In this document: piece after piece, positions 39,609 to 48,670 of the stretch
How positions within the stretch are numbered: the first letter of the stretch is position 1
How the letters are laid out: each line of letters begins with the position of its first letter
From: a virus
Lineage: Duplodnaviria; Heunggongvirae; Uroviricota; Caudoviricetes
Direction: 5' to 3' (one strand)
Length of the DNA: 64,000 nt
Virus record (IMG/VR): IMGVR_UViG_3300048930_000918
Made by a program: the position numbers and the translations under genes
Notes under the pieces: model-generated
Databases searched by the model: none
Seen by the model: the letters and a program-made list of their open reading frames with translations, nothing else
What the model was told of the DNA's origin: nothing

Positions 39609-40156
39609 CACAATACAAAATAAATTTTGAAAATTTATTAAAAACAAGATTCAAATATATGTTTCCTTATTTATCCAATATGGAAATTGATTATACTGAT
39701 GCACCATCTATTGACTATCCTAACGTTGAGAATGGTAATAGAACTGCATATGGTAAAACTTATCAAGCGACAATAAGAGATTTTAAAGGTAATACTGACA
39801 ATGATATGAGTATGTTTGAGCTTAATTATAATGACTTAATACATGTTAACGACGTATCAATTGTTAATGGTGATGTTAATTATCATATAGATGATGCTTT
39901 CTTGAAAATTTTTGAGGAAATGGAAAGAGATGCAATTATCGCTACCAAATTATATTTGGATTCTAATCATTTTGATTTGGTTGACGAAACAAAACATAAA
40001 AATAATCTATATATCAGAAAGGATTTTGAATATTTTACTTACTATGTTTATGACGCTTATGATACATATAATTTGGTTATTAGAGTTAGGCTTATAATGC
40101 GAAGAAAAGAAGATAAACAAGTTGATAGGTTTAGTATTGTAATTAACGATATATAA
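39605..40156 (+). CDS. hypothetical protein (183 aa)
   Basis: ORF track. Last gene before the terminator. Confidence 0.4.
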   Translation: MTQYKINFENLLKTRFKYMFPYLSNMEIDYTDAPSIDYPNVENGNRTAYGKTYQATIRDFKGNTDNDMSMFELNYNDLIHVNDVSIVNGDVNYHIDDAFLKIFEEMERDAIIATKLYLDSNHFDLVDETKHKNNLYIRKDFEYFTYYVYDAYDTYNLVIRVRLIMRRKEDKQVDRFSIVINDI

Positions 40157-40193
40157 TACTATAATAATTAACATCTTTTTTCTTAATAAAAAA

Positions 40194-40226
40194 CCTCTTA
40201 AGTTAATTCTTAAGAGGTTTTTTTTT
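40194..40226 (+). terminator. rho-independent terminator (bidirectional-capable)
   Basis: CCTCTTAAG-TTAATT-CTTAAGAGG has a perfect 9-bp stem, followed by TTTTTTTTT and preceded by an A-run. Confidence 0.65.
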
Positions 40227-40367
40227 ATTAACAATTTAAAAAAGAGGTTTCATATTAAACCTACATAAGCTAAAAAGCCTATCTCTTTTTATATATTATA
40301 AAGGAGGGAAAATGTATAGAGAAATTTATATGATAAAATCTATTAAATTTTGATAACTTTTCACACA

Positions 40368-40388
40368 TAATCCACAAAATTATCCACA
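40368..40388 (+). promoter_or_regulatory. two DnaA-box-like 9-mers (TAATCCACA and TTATCCACA) in direct orientation
   Basis: TTATCCACA at 40380..40388 matches the DnaA-box consensus exactly. TAATCCACA at 40368..40376 has 1 mismatch. They lie in the intergenic region upstream of the replication module. Confidence 0.3.
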
Positions 40389-40508
40389 AAGACATAATTT
40401 TTAAACTAAATTAATTAACAATTAATAACTAAATATATTTTTAACTTTTTTGTTTACTTATAATAATTATTAGTGTATAAGGTTGAAACTATTTATTTAA
40501 AGTAAGCT

Positions 40509-40691
40509 ATGAAAAGAATACTTATTGAAGTTGACGATGATCTAACAGAGTTGATTGATAAAGAGGCACGGGATAGTCAACGTACTAGGAAATCACAGGT
40601 AACTTTTATTGTTAAGAGTTATTACAAACAAGGTTTAGCTAAACTAGAAGAACGCAGGAATGCTTTAACGGAAGACACTTTTAGGTATTAA
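40509..40691 (+). CDS. ribbon-helix-helix (CopG/antitoxin-like) protein (60 aa)
   Basis: ORF track. MKRILIEVDDDLTELIDKEA is a typical RHH N-terminal strand plus helix. Confidence 0.5.
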   Translation: MKRILIEVDDDLTELIDKEARDSQRTRKSQVTFIVKSYYKQGLAKLEERRNALTEDTFRY

Positions 40692-40713
40692 CATTTAAGA
40701 GAGGACTAATTAA

Positions 40714-40935
40714 ATGAAAATCAATGATGCAATAAAATTTATCTATAATCATCGTTATAATATTATTACAAGAGAAAATAGCTATTATATGATCATTAAG
40801 ATACAGGATAAATTATTTAAGTACTATCAATCCTATAATAAACCAGGTACTACTTTTATAGATAAATTAGAGCCCTATTCATTGGTAAATGAGATGGAGG
40901 ATAGTGAGTGTAACGATTGGATAGTAATAAGGTAG
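40714..40935 (+). CDS. hypothetical small protein (73 aa)
   Basis: ORF track. Preceded by the junction motif AGAGAGGACTAATTAA-ATG. Confidence 0.35.
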   Translation: MKINDAIKFIYNHRYNIITRENSYYMIIKIQDKLFKYYQSYNKPGTTFIDKLEPYSLVNEMEDSECNDWIVIR

Positions 40936-40938
40936 ATT

Positions 40939-41130
40939 ATGCAAATAGTAGCACCTATGATAAATTTTCTTCTATGGATGCTTATATCTTATTTTATGTT
41001 ATATAGACAAAGAAAAAGATACGAAAAAATAATTGAAGGAATGCGTCTTGATTTTATCAAGAAACAGAATGATACTGATTTAAAAATGAGAATTGAATAT
41101 GGGCAGAAAAGAGAAGACAGAGACATTTAA
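40939..41130 (+). CDS. small membrane protein (63 aa)
   Basis: ORF track. Single TM (MINFLLWMLISYFMLY). Confidence 0.35.
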   Translation: MQIVAPMINFLLWMLISYFMLYRQRKRYEKIIEGMRLDFIKKQNDTDLKMRIEYGQKREDRDI

Positions 41131-41275
41131 ATTAAGGTTATTTGCAGCTTTTATAATTGCTGTATTATTAACGAGTGGTTACTTCATGTCTAAAAATCAA
41201 AAAGAAAGTAGCATGGATAATATTATTAGTTTAAAACTACATCACTAAACAATTTATTTACCTTAATTTATTTAA

Positions 41276-41402
41276 AACTTAACAATGAAAAAATACTGTA
41301 TCAGTTTTTTCAACAACTGCACTGATGTTATAGCAAAACAAGAGGAGTTAAGTTTTGAAGAGATTTTAAGCTACTTTAATAAAGTATTTACAAAACCTTT
41401 CA
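41276..41402 (+). repeat. left copy of a 127-bp (at least) perfect direct repeat covering the primase gene start; partner at 63874..64000
   Basis: Exact identity from 9 nt upstream of the ATG through 118 nt of coding sequence. The partner copy is cut off by the window end. Confidence 0.85.
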
Positions 41403-43678
41403 CTGGCAAAAAGAATTTAGGAGCTATGGTCTGTGGCTCTTTTAAGGATAATAGGAGATCGGGCGAGAACTTAACATCACGTAGTATTTTAACCTTTGAT
41501 CTTGACGGGTATGAAGAGGATTTTAATAGTTTAAAGAATGAGATTGAAAACAGTCTTGGTAATTATACTTACATTTACTACACCACTAGCAGCAGTACTT
41601 TAATTAAGCCAAGAGCTCGGATATTACTTTTTATTGATAGGGATGTTGATAGAGACAGCTATGGTAACTTGGGAAGAAAGATAGCAGCTAAAGTATTTTC
41701 ACCTATTCTTGTAAGAGCTATTAGTGATGAGTCCAGTTTTACCCCCTCTCAACTCATGTATTTACCAAATAAGGTAAATGATGATTTTAGAACCGGTAAG
41801 AATCAGAAAGAGCTTATAAAGGTTGATGATTATATTGCTGCTCGAGAGGAAGTTAAGAAAGAGGAGGATGAGGAGTTAAAGGATTTTATAGCTGTAAGTA
41901 ACAACACTCCATTACCTAATCTGACAAAAGAAAGGGTTATGGAAACACTTGGTAACTACGATTGCAGTGAGACGGGTTACCATGAATGGTTTAAGGTATG
42001 TCAGGCTCTTCACCATCAGTTTAAAGGATCAGAAGAGGGGCTTCAGATATTTACTAATTGGAGTTTAACCGATACTCGTTATTCTGAAGAAAGAATTAAA
42101 CAGGAATGCAGACTTAAATATAAAAGTCTGACAAAAAAAATTGATAATCCAGTTACTTTTGCGTCTGTTATAAAAATAGTAAATGAGAAAAAAGGGAGTC
42201 CTAATAAAATTGATACGAATTTAAATAACGAGGGAACATATGAGAAGACAAAGGCACTATCTTTAGACTTAGACCCTGAAATTAAACAATTACTAGAGCA
42301 GATAAAACAAGATACTTTTGGAATAGACAACGAAACTGGAGAACAAAAACAATTACCACTTGATTTTACTAAATACTTAAATCTTATAAAGGAACTAAAG
42401 AGAAGACATTTAGCCAAGGGTATTGGTTTAGATAAAAAGCGAAACCTAAACTATACTACTCTCAACAGTATATATCCCGATATAATAGAATATAATAATT
42501 CACTTTCATTAGAGGAAAATGACGATAAACCATACACAGGAGAACAGTTTTTAGAAGATGTAGCAAAGAATACAAATAATGGATTAAAAACAGGTTTCTC
42601 AGACCTAGATAATAAAATAGTTATTCAACCTTCAAGCCTCGCTTTTATAGCTGGTAGGCCATCGCACGGCAAAACTACCATGATGCTTAACATATTAAGA
42701 AATATGCTTGAGGATAAAGATAATAAAGACAAAGCATTTTTGTTTTACAGCTATGAGGAAACAAGAAGCGATATTTTAATAAAAATAGTACTCAGTGTTG
42801 CCAATTATTCAGAGCTTGAGGAAGAATTGAGAGAGGAAGGGGTAGAAGGAGTAAATCTCAGGCAACAGGCATTAAATCAATTTAAGAATTACAAACTAAA
42901 TAATACTTCATTAAATCCAATATTAGAAAAAGCATATAAAAAAGTTAATAGCTGGATAGAAGAAGGAAGATTAGAGATACTTACTCCAAAATCCAATACG
43001 GAAAGTTTGAGCGCTGCAATTATAAATCGTTGTATGGCTTTCCAAAGAGAAGAACAACAAACACAGCAGGCAGGATTAAAAAAAGAAGTTGCAGCAGTAT
43101 TTATCGACTACGTGCAGAAACTAAGCACTGAAGAGAAAAGAGATAACAGACAACAAGAAATCCAAAGAATATGTCAGACTTTACTTTCAACTGCACTGGA
43201 TAAAAGATTTACAACTTCAATAATATTAGGAGCACAAGTGAACAGAACAGTAAAATCATTAGATACTTTCAATTTAGATAACATGAGAGAGTCAGGAGAT
43301 ATTGAACAGGATGCAAACCTTGTACTTGGGATATGGGATGAGCAAGCCGGTAAATTAGACTCATTCTGCCGAAAATTACAAAAACTTGAAGACAAGGAGA
43401 TTAATGATACTACAGAAATGGATAAATTAGACAAAGAGAAAGCAAGAATAAGTGAAAAAATAGAAGAACTACAATCAAGTAACAGTCAGAACAAGCCTTT
43501 AAAAATAAAAGTTTTAAAAAACAGAAATGGGGTCAAAGATGTAATAATTGACCTTTGTTGTAACCCAAACCTTTTTCGTATCAAGGATAAATATGAACTT
43601 GAATATGATATCGACAAGTTTAAGAAAGACCTTGAAGAACAAGAAAACTTAGCACCCAACAATCATAAGAAAGAGTAG
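41285..43678 (+). CDS. primase / DnaB-like replicative helicase fusion protein (797 aa)
   Basis: ORF track. C-terminal half carries the DnaB-type Walker A FIAGRPSHGKTTMMLN plus downstream helicase-like blocks. The N-terminal half is assigned as primase-like by context only. Confidence 0.7.
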   Translation: MKKYCISFFNNCTDVIAKQEELSFEEILSYFNKVFTKPFTGKKNLGAMVCGSFKDNRRSGENLTSRSILTFDLDGYEEDFNSLKNEIENSLGNYTYIYYTTSSSTLIKPRARILLFIDRDVDRDSYGNLGRKIAAKVFSPILVRAISDESSFTPSQLMYLPNKVNDDFRTGKNQKELIKVDDYIAAREEVKKEEDEELKDFIAVSNNTPLPNLTKERVMETLGNYDCSETGYHEWFKVCQALHHQFKGSEEGLQIFTNWSLTDTRYSEERIKQECRLKYKSLTKKIDNPVTFASVIKIVNEKKGSPNKIDTNLNNEGTYEKTKALSLDLDPEIKQLLEQIKQDTFGIDNETGEQKQLPLDFTKYLNLIKELKRRHLAKGIGLDKKRNLNYTTLNSIYPDIIEYNNSLSLEENDDKPYTGEQFLEDVAKNTNNGLKTGFSDLDNKIVIQPSSLAFIAGRPSHGKTTMMLNILRNMLEDKDNKDKAFLFYSYEETRSDILIKIVLSVANYSELEEELREEGVEGVNLRQQALNQFKNYKLNNTSLNPILEKAYKKVNSWIEEGRLEILTPKSNTESLSAAIINRCMAFQREEQQTQQAGLKKEVAAVFIDYVQKLSTEEKRDNRQQEIQRICQTLLSTALDKRFTTSIILGAQVNRTVKSLDTFNLDNMRESGDIEQDANLVLGIWDEQAGKLDSFCRKLQKLEDKEINDTTEMDKLDKEKARISEKIEELQSSNSQNKPLKIKVLKNRNGVKDVIIDLCCNPNLFRIKDKYELEYDIDKFKKDLEEQENLAPNNHKKE

Positions 43679-43682
43679 AAAG

Positions 43683-43871
43683 ATGGAACAAATTGAAGGA
43701 AAAAACTATTTAACTATTTTAGAAGTCATGAAAAGGCTAGAAATATCTAGGCAAACCATACTTAGATATAGAAAACAGCAGAAATTAGACTTTATTAAAT
43801 TAAGAGGAAAAATTTATATAACTGAGGAAAGTTATAAAAGTTTGTTTATTCCTGAATCAGAAAAAAAATAA
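43683..43871 (+). CDS. AlpA/excisionase-like HTH protein (62 aa)
   Basis: ORF track. LTILEVMKRLEISRQTILRYRKQQK is an HTH_17-like segment. Start is 4 nt after the primase stop. Confidence 0.5.
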   Translation: MEQIEGKNYLTILEVMKRLEISRQTILRYRKQQKLDFIKLRGKIYITEESYKSLFIPESEKK

Positions 43872-43966
43872 AAATTCATTTTCTAAAAAGCGTCTTGTAC
43901 CCTGTTATTTTATCATATACAATACAGTGTATTTAAGTTTATTAAAACGTATTTAAGGTTAATGAT

Positions 43967-44218
43967 ATGTCTACAATCACCGCTCGTATTCCAGATGAAT
44001 TAAACGCTGCTCTTTCCAAGGTTGCCAAAGTAATGGAGAGACCTAAAACATTTCTGATATACAAAGCCGTTGAGCAATATATCAGGGAGGCAGAGCAGGA
44101 TATAGAAGATGCTGAAATAGCTCTCGCAAGGATGAAAAGCCCTGATAGAAAATTTTATACTTCTGAAGAAATCAAAGAAAGACTAGAGGCTAGATACCGC
44201 AGTGAGCATAATTTATAA
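43967..44218 (+). CDS. RHH-type antitoxin (ParD/CopG-like) (83 aa)
   Basis: ORF track. MSTITARIPDELNAALSKVAK fits the RHH pattern. Overlaps the downstream toxin gene by 17 nt. Confidence 0.6.
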   Translation: MSTITARIPDELNAALSKVAKVMERPKTFLIYKAVEQYIREAEQDIEDAEIALARMKSPDRKFYTSEEIKERLEARYRSEHNL

Positions 44219-44465
44219 AACAAAGTGGGATGATAGGGCAGAGGAAGACCTTGAGCAACTTCCTTCAGAGATTGCCTTAAAAGTTCACGATCGGGTTGAG
44301 AGCCATTTAACACAGCTACCTAAGCAATTAGGGAAAGCATTAGTTGGTCAGTATAAAGGTTTATATCGATATAGATATGGGGATTACAGAATACTATATG
44401 AGATTGATGCAGATAATAGGTTAATTATTATTATTAAAATAGGACACAGAAAAGAAATTTATTAA
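44202..44465 (+). CDS. RelE/ParE-family toxin (87 aa)
   Basis: ORF track. Family signature GLYRYRYGDYRILYEID...IIIKIGHRKEIY. Confidence 0.75.
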   Translation: MSIIYKTKWDDRAEEDLEQLPSEIALKVHDRVESHLTQLPKQLGKALVGQYKGLYRYRYGDYRILYEIDADNRLIIIIKIGHRKEIY

Positions 44466-44611
44466 TTCTGGTTTTTAATTCTATGTCTGTAAATTAGCCA
44501 TTGCAGACATGGAATTATAACTAAATACATTAACAAATTAACCACCTATCAATACAAAAAATATCAGACAGTTAATTCATTCTAAAATTTTATATATACA
44601 ATGAGGTTTAC

Positions 44612-46072
44612 ATGGCAAAAATTATTCAACTACCTAAACGAGACGTTATTAAATCACTACTTGATGCAAATCACCAAGTAAGGGGAGGGGATAATAAAAA
44701 CTTTTTAGAAGAAGAGTATGTTTACCTCAATAACCGAGAAAACATATTAAAAAAACAAATAACAATCGTTCAATTATTATCCGATAATAATATAAAGCTG
44801 TTTGATGAAATAAAAAATATTGAATCAAATAAAATTAAAATACTCCCTTTAGCAGACAAAAGTAATGTTTTTTATAGTGCATTGAACTTTTTACCAAAAC
44901 CACCAAACGATAAAAACAATGTTCTTCCATTATTCGAAAAAGAAAAAGATAGATTACAATATATTAATAATCTAACCAATCAGGAATTACATAAACACTA
45001 TCAAGATCAGATCAATAATCTAAACTTGGAATTAAAATATATTCAAAACATTATTAAAACATTAAAAGAGAGTTCAAGTAATAACAATACACCTAAATTT
45101 AAAACCATACCTACATATAACGGACTCAATAACACACTAAGTAAAACTCAAAAAGAATTAATAGCACCTTTCTACAAAAAAGATAAAACCGAGAATGAAA
45201 GAAAAATTTTACAAGAAATACTGCTAAATCATGTTAAAAAAGATAATGACTTTACTAACGATCAGAAAATAGAAATTGCACAATATATAATAAACAAAGA
45301 ATATGACAAAGCCTTTGATAACTATTTGATGTTTCCTCTTACAAGAGATGAACAAAGAATATTAAGAGCTTTAAGAGAAGAAATGTATGAACAAATAAAG
45401 ATAGGAAAGATTACAGGAATGGGTCAAACTTCTTATGAAGCATATATATTGTACAATAAATTTTTTACTATCTATGGTGTAAGCAAAGACAACAAAACAA
45501 GAAAACCTATAAAAGACATCTTGTTCGGTCGTACAACAAAAGGACTTCATAAAAATATTCTTTTAGAGCATGAAAATCTAGTTACTACATCCTTAATTCT
45601 TCAGGTACAAGAAATAAAGGAGAAAACAAATCTATCTAAAGAAAATTTAGGTACTGGGTTTATAATTACAATGCCTTCCTTCCTTTTTGTAAACGAAGAC
45701 AAATTAAAAGCAAAGAACTATTATAATCAAGAGAATGAAGGTTATAGAAGATTTATGAAGACAGGGAGAATGGCTCAATCAGATGCAGCAACTAAGATAG
45801 CATGTAAATTAGAAGTACTATGCCATTGTACTATTAATAACAAAAAGAGAAAAGGTAAGAAAGTATTACTTGATTTAGAAACATTAGTCAAGATAGCTGG
45901 ATATGAAAGACGTTACCAACGTAAACCTAGCGAAACAATTAATAAGATTAAAATTATATTAGATAGTCTTGTTGAGGCTAATTATTTGATAGAGGAATGG
46001 TGTATTAAAGAAGGTAAATTTAGACAGAAACAATATATTTTTAAACCTTTAAAAATACCTCTTTCCCAGTAG
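44612..46072 (+). CDS. hypothetical 486-aa protein, candidate iteron-binding replication protein
   Basis: ORF track. No recognisable motif. Its last codons run directly into the 6x22-bp tandem array. Confidence 0.35.
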   Translation: MAKIIQLPKRDVIKSLLDANHQVRGGDNKNFLEEEYVYLNNRENILKKQITIVQLLSDNNIKLFDEIKNIESNKIKILPLADKSNVFYSALNFLPKPPNDKNNVLPLFEKEKDRLQYINNLTNQELHKHYQDQINNLNLELKYIQNIIKTLKESSSNNNTPKFKTIPTYNGLNNTLSKTQKELIAPFYKKDKTENERKILQEILLNHVKKDNDFTNDQKIEIAQYIINKEYDKAFDNYLMFPLTRDEQRILRALREEMYEQIKIGKITGMGQTSYEAYILYNKFFTIYGVSKDNKTRKPIKDILFGRTTKGLHKNILLEHENLVTTSLILQVQEIKEKTNLSKENLGTGFIITMPSFLFVNEDKLKAKNYYNQENEGYRRFMKTGRMAQSDAATKIACKLEVLCHCTINNKKRKGKKVLLDLETLVKIAGYERRYQRKPSETINKIKIILDSLVEANYLIEEWCIKEGKFRQKQYIFKPLKIPLSQ

Positions 46073-46195
46073 GGATAGGGTGTACGCCCAGTAGGGATAG
46101 GGTGTACGCCCAGTAGGGATAGGGTGTGCGCCCAGTAGGGATAGGGTGTGCGCCCAGTAGGGATAGGGTGTGCGCCCAGTAGGGATAGGGTGTGG
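46065..46195 (+). repeat. tandem 22-bp repeat array, 6 copies (CCCAGTAGGGATAGGGTGT[A/G]CG), iteron-like
   Basis: Seen directly. Copies 1-2 have A, copies 3-5 have G, and the last copy is truncated. Each unit contains a TAGGGA/TAGGGT sub-repeat. Confidence 0.85.
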
Positions 46196-46464
46196 AAATT
46201 TAGAAAACCAAATGCCCCAGAAGATGTAGTTGAAATAAGGGTTTTAAGGCTGTTTTTTAACTCTTGTTTTTTAGGTGATAAACTTAATAAAAATGATAAA
46301 TTTTTATTGCGCAAACTTTTTTCATTACCATTCAAAAAGTTTGCTTTATTCACTTAATATATAAGCCGATATATTTTTATTGGAATATCGGCTTTATATA
46401 TAGAACCTTTCCTTGGTCATCTTTTATTCCGAAGGGTGCTCGGAATGGAAAGTTTTTAGTAAGA

Positions 46465-47082
46465 ATGCCTATAATTATAATGACCAGTAAAGCATTAGAA
46501 TATATATTAAACCATAGTACAAAAGAGGTTAAAAAAATGAAAGTGTCCAATAAGAAAGTTTTAAGTAAGAGTAACTCTCTTGAACTAACCCAAATAGATG
46601 GAGAATATATTTTTACCAAGGAAGGTATAGCTCGAATTTTTGAATTAGCTGGTAGATTAACTGCTGATGATATTGCGGGATATTTCGGTATTTTCAAGAA
46701 CACATTTTACAAGATTTTAGAGCGGCAATCTGAAGCCATGGAAGCGTTTTTCAAAGGGAAGTCACATGCTGTCAATACTGTCTCTGAAGCTTTATATCGA
46801 AAAGCTATTGGTGATAGTGATATAGGTGATACCACCGCTGCAACATTTTACTTGAAGGCTTTTGCAGGTTGGAAAGACGCTAACATTCATGACGTAACAT
46901 TAAACGCAGCTGTAAGTACGCCTTTGACTGAAGAAGAAAAAGAGTTGAGAACTTTAGATGTTAAACTATATAGCAAGTTTTGCCGTGAAAATGGTTTTGA
47001 TTTTTTAATGGATACGAAAGAAAAACTTGAAAAACTCAGAGAGATGGACGAAGAAGATGAGGATATTAATCACCTCTCATAG
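46465..47082 (+). CDS. terminase small subunit-like paralog (205 aa)
   Basis: ORF track. Shares blocks with 30754..31281 (see that feature). Acidic C-terminus. Confidence 0.45.
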   Translation: MPIIIMTSKALEYILNHSTKEVKKMKVSNKKVLSKSNSLELTQIDGEYIFTKEGIARIFELAGRLTADDIAGYFGIFKNTFYKILERQSEAMEAFFKGKSHAVNTVSEALYRKAIGDSDIGDTTAATFYLKAFAGWKDANIHDVTLNAAVSTPLTEEEKELRTLDVKLYSKFCRENGFDFLMDTKEKLEKLREMDEEDEDINHLS

Positions 47083-47135
47083 ACATTCTATACTTTTTGA
47101 GTTAAAATATGTTAACAGATTAAAGATTAATTAAA

Positions 47136-47984
47136 ATGTTATCAAGCGAAGTATTGAATTTTAATACCATACGAACAAATAGACATTACATAAAGTCCAG
47201 ATCACCTAAATATGATGTAGTGAAAAATAATGCTCTAAAATATGGAGTACGCTCAAAACATCTAGTTTTACCTTGGGAGAACAAAGCTGATTATGATATT
47301 CTTCTTGCGGCTTTAATAGCTGAATATAACCCTGTAGGACCGACAGAAGAGTTTTACGTTCAAGAGATTGCAACCTATATCTGGCGTAAAGGACGTATTA
47401 TCCACGCTGAAAGTGCTAGCTTACAATCTGCTTTAAACCGAACCATTGGAATTAATGGGCAATTCGGCAGTCATCCCGCTAAAGATGCTCTACTTGACAA
47501 TAACTCCGTCAGCGTAATGGATTACGATGTTAAAAAGGCTATAATGGCTACTGAGGATGAGAACCAATTGGAAATAACTGAGTTGAAAGAATTACACTCT
47601 CATTGTATTAACGCCGAGAAAATACTGTTAGAATTTAACTCTTATGATCAAGGGTTAGATGCTCTACATATAGACGACCAGAATAAGTGGCATGAAACTT
47701 TAGATAAGGGACAGGACGAATGGACTTCGGAGAATGCAGAGGATTTACTAAGCTGGGTATCTGAATTAAAAGCTGATTATGAAGCACGCATTAATGAAGT
47801 CGAAAACAGATATCAAGTAAAACGGCAGACCTTAGGTAAAGCGTATCTAACTAACGATAGCTATGATAAAAATTTTAAATATGAGGTTGGATTCTCTCGC
47901 CAGCTTGAGAGAAGTATAGCAATGCTTCTAAAGTTACAGGAAATGAGAAAGAATAACAATTATCAATCAAAAGTTAATAATTGA
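47136..47984 (+). CDS. hypothetical protein (282 aa)
   Basis: ORF track. Confidence 0.4.
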   Translation: MLSSEVLNFNTIRTNRHYIKSRSPKYDVVKNNALKYGVRSKHLVLPWENKADYDILLAALIAEYNPVGPTEEFYVQEIATYIWRKGRIIHAESASLQSALNRTIGINGQFGSHPAKDALLDNNSVSVMDYDVKKAIMATEDENQLEITELKELHSHCINAEKILLEFNSYDQGLDALHIDDQNKWHETLDKGQDEWTSENAEDLLSWVSELKADYEARINEVENRYQVKRQTLGKAYLTNDSYDKNFKYEVGFSRQLERSIAMLLKLQEMRKNNNYQSKVNN

Positions 47985-48670
47985 TTAAGATTTTACTTTA
48001 TAGTTTATCTTCTTTATTTAAACTATCTAAAATTTTACATTTATCGATTTACTATCAATAGTAAAAAACTTATTAGAACTAATAAATCTATCTATACCTT
48101 TTGAAAAAGGATAATTGGAAGATATTATTTTTATACAGCGGTACATTTCACTATCTTCCGTATTAATCATTAAAAATAGCCTATTTTCTGGATGCACGCA
48201 AAGCAAATTACGCACTGATTTATACCTCCATAATATCTATAGCTTATAATAGATCATCTAAAAGTCATAACAAATTATAAGATATTCACAAAAAACCTTA
48301 ATAACTTTGTGGATTATCTACCTATATATACTTACAAATTAAGCACCTTGAACCTATTGCCTAGAAAAGAGGCAGATAGATAGTTTAATTGGCGTAGTTT
48401 TTTTTTGTCTTTAACTATTTTTTATTCTAATACCGGCTTATCAAATTCTAGAGTATGCTATTCCTAAATATTGTTAAAAACTATTTACAATTTATGTTTG
48501 ATATATTATTTTGCCTAAAAAAAATAAGGAGTTTATTGTTGTGCGTTTTATAATAATTGTGATAATGATTTACCTTATAGCAACATCTTTACCTTTTGAG
48601 GCTTGGTTAATGATTTTTGCTTTCAAAGGGGTACAGACTTTAATCGAAATATGTTTAGATAGGTTATTTA

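Noticed and set aside
42079-43434. ORFs 42079..42417 (-) and 43174..43434 (-)
   Set aside because: Antisense inside the primase/helicase gene.
46065-46195. Possible CRISPR array
   Set aside because: The units are contiguous with no spacers, and no cas genes are present. This is an iteron-like tandem repeat.
45982-46357. ORFs 45982..46353 (-) and 46148..46357 (+) spanning the tandem array
   Set aside because: Their translations are just periodic reads of the 22-bp repeats (PIPTGRTPYPYW repeated). They are not genes.
46377-46703. 108-aa minus-strand ORF
   Set aside because: Overlaps the start of the TerS-like plus-strand gene and the upstream promoter region. Hydrophobic low-complexity translation.
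48027-48215. 62-aa minus-strand ORF
   Set aside because: Isolated, with no RBS, in an AT-rich intergenic stretch. Probably noise.
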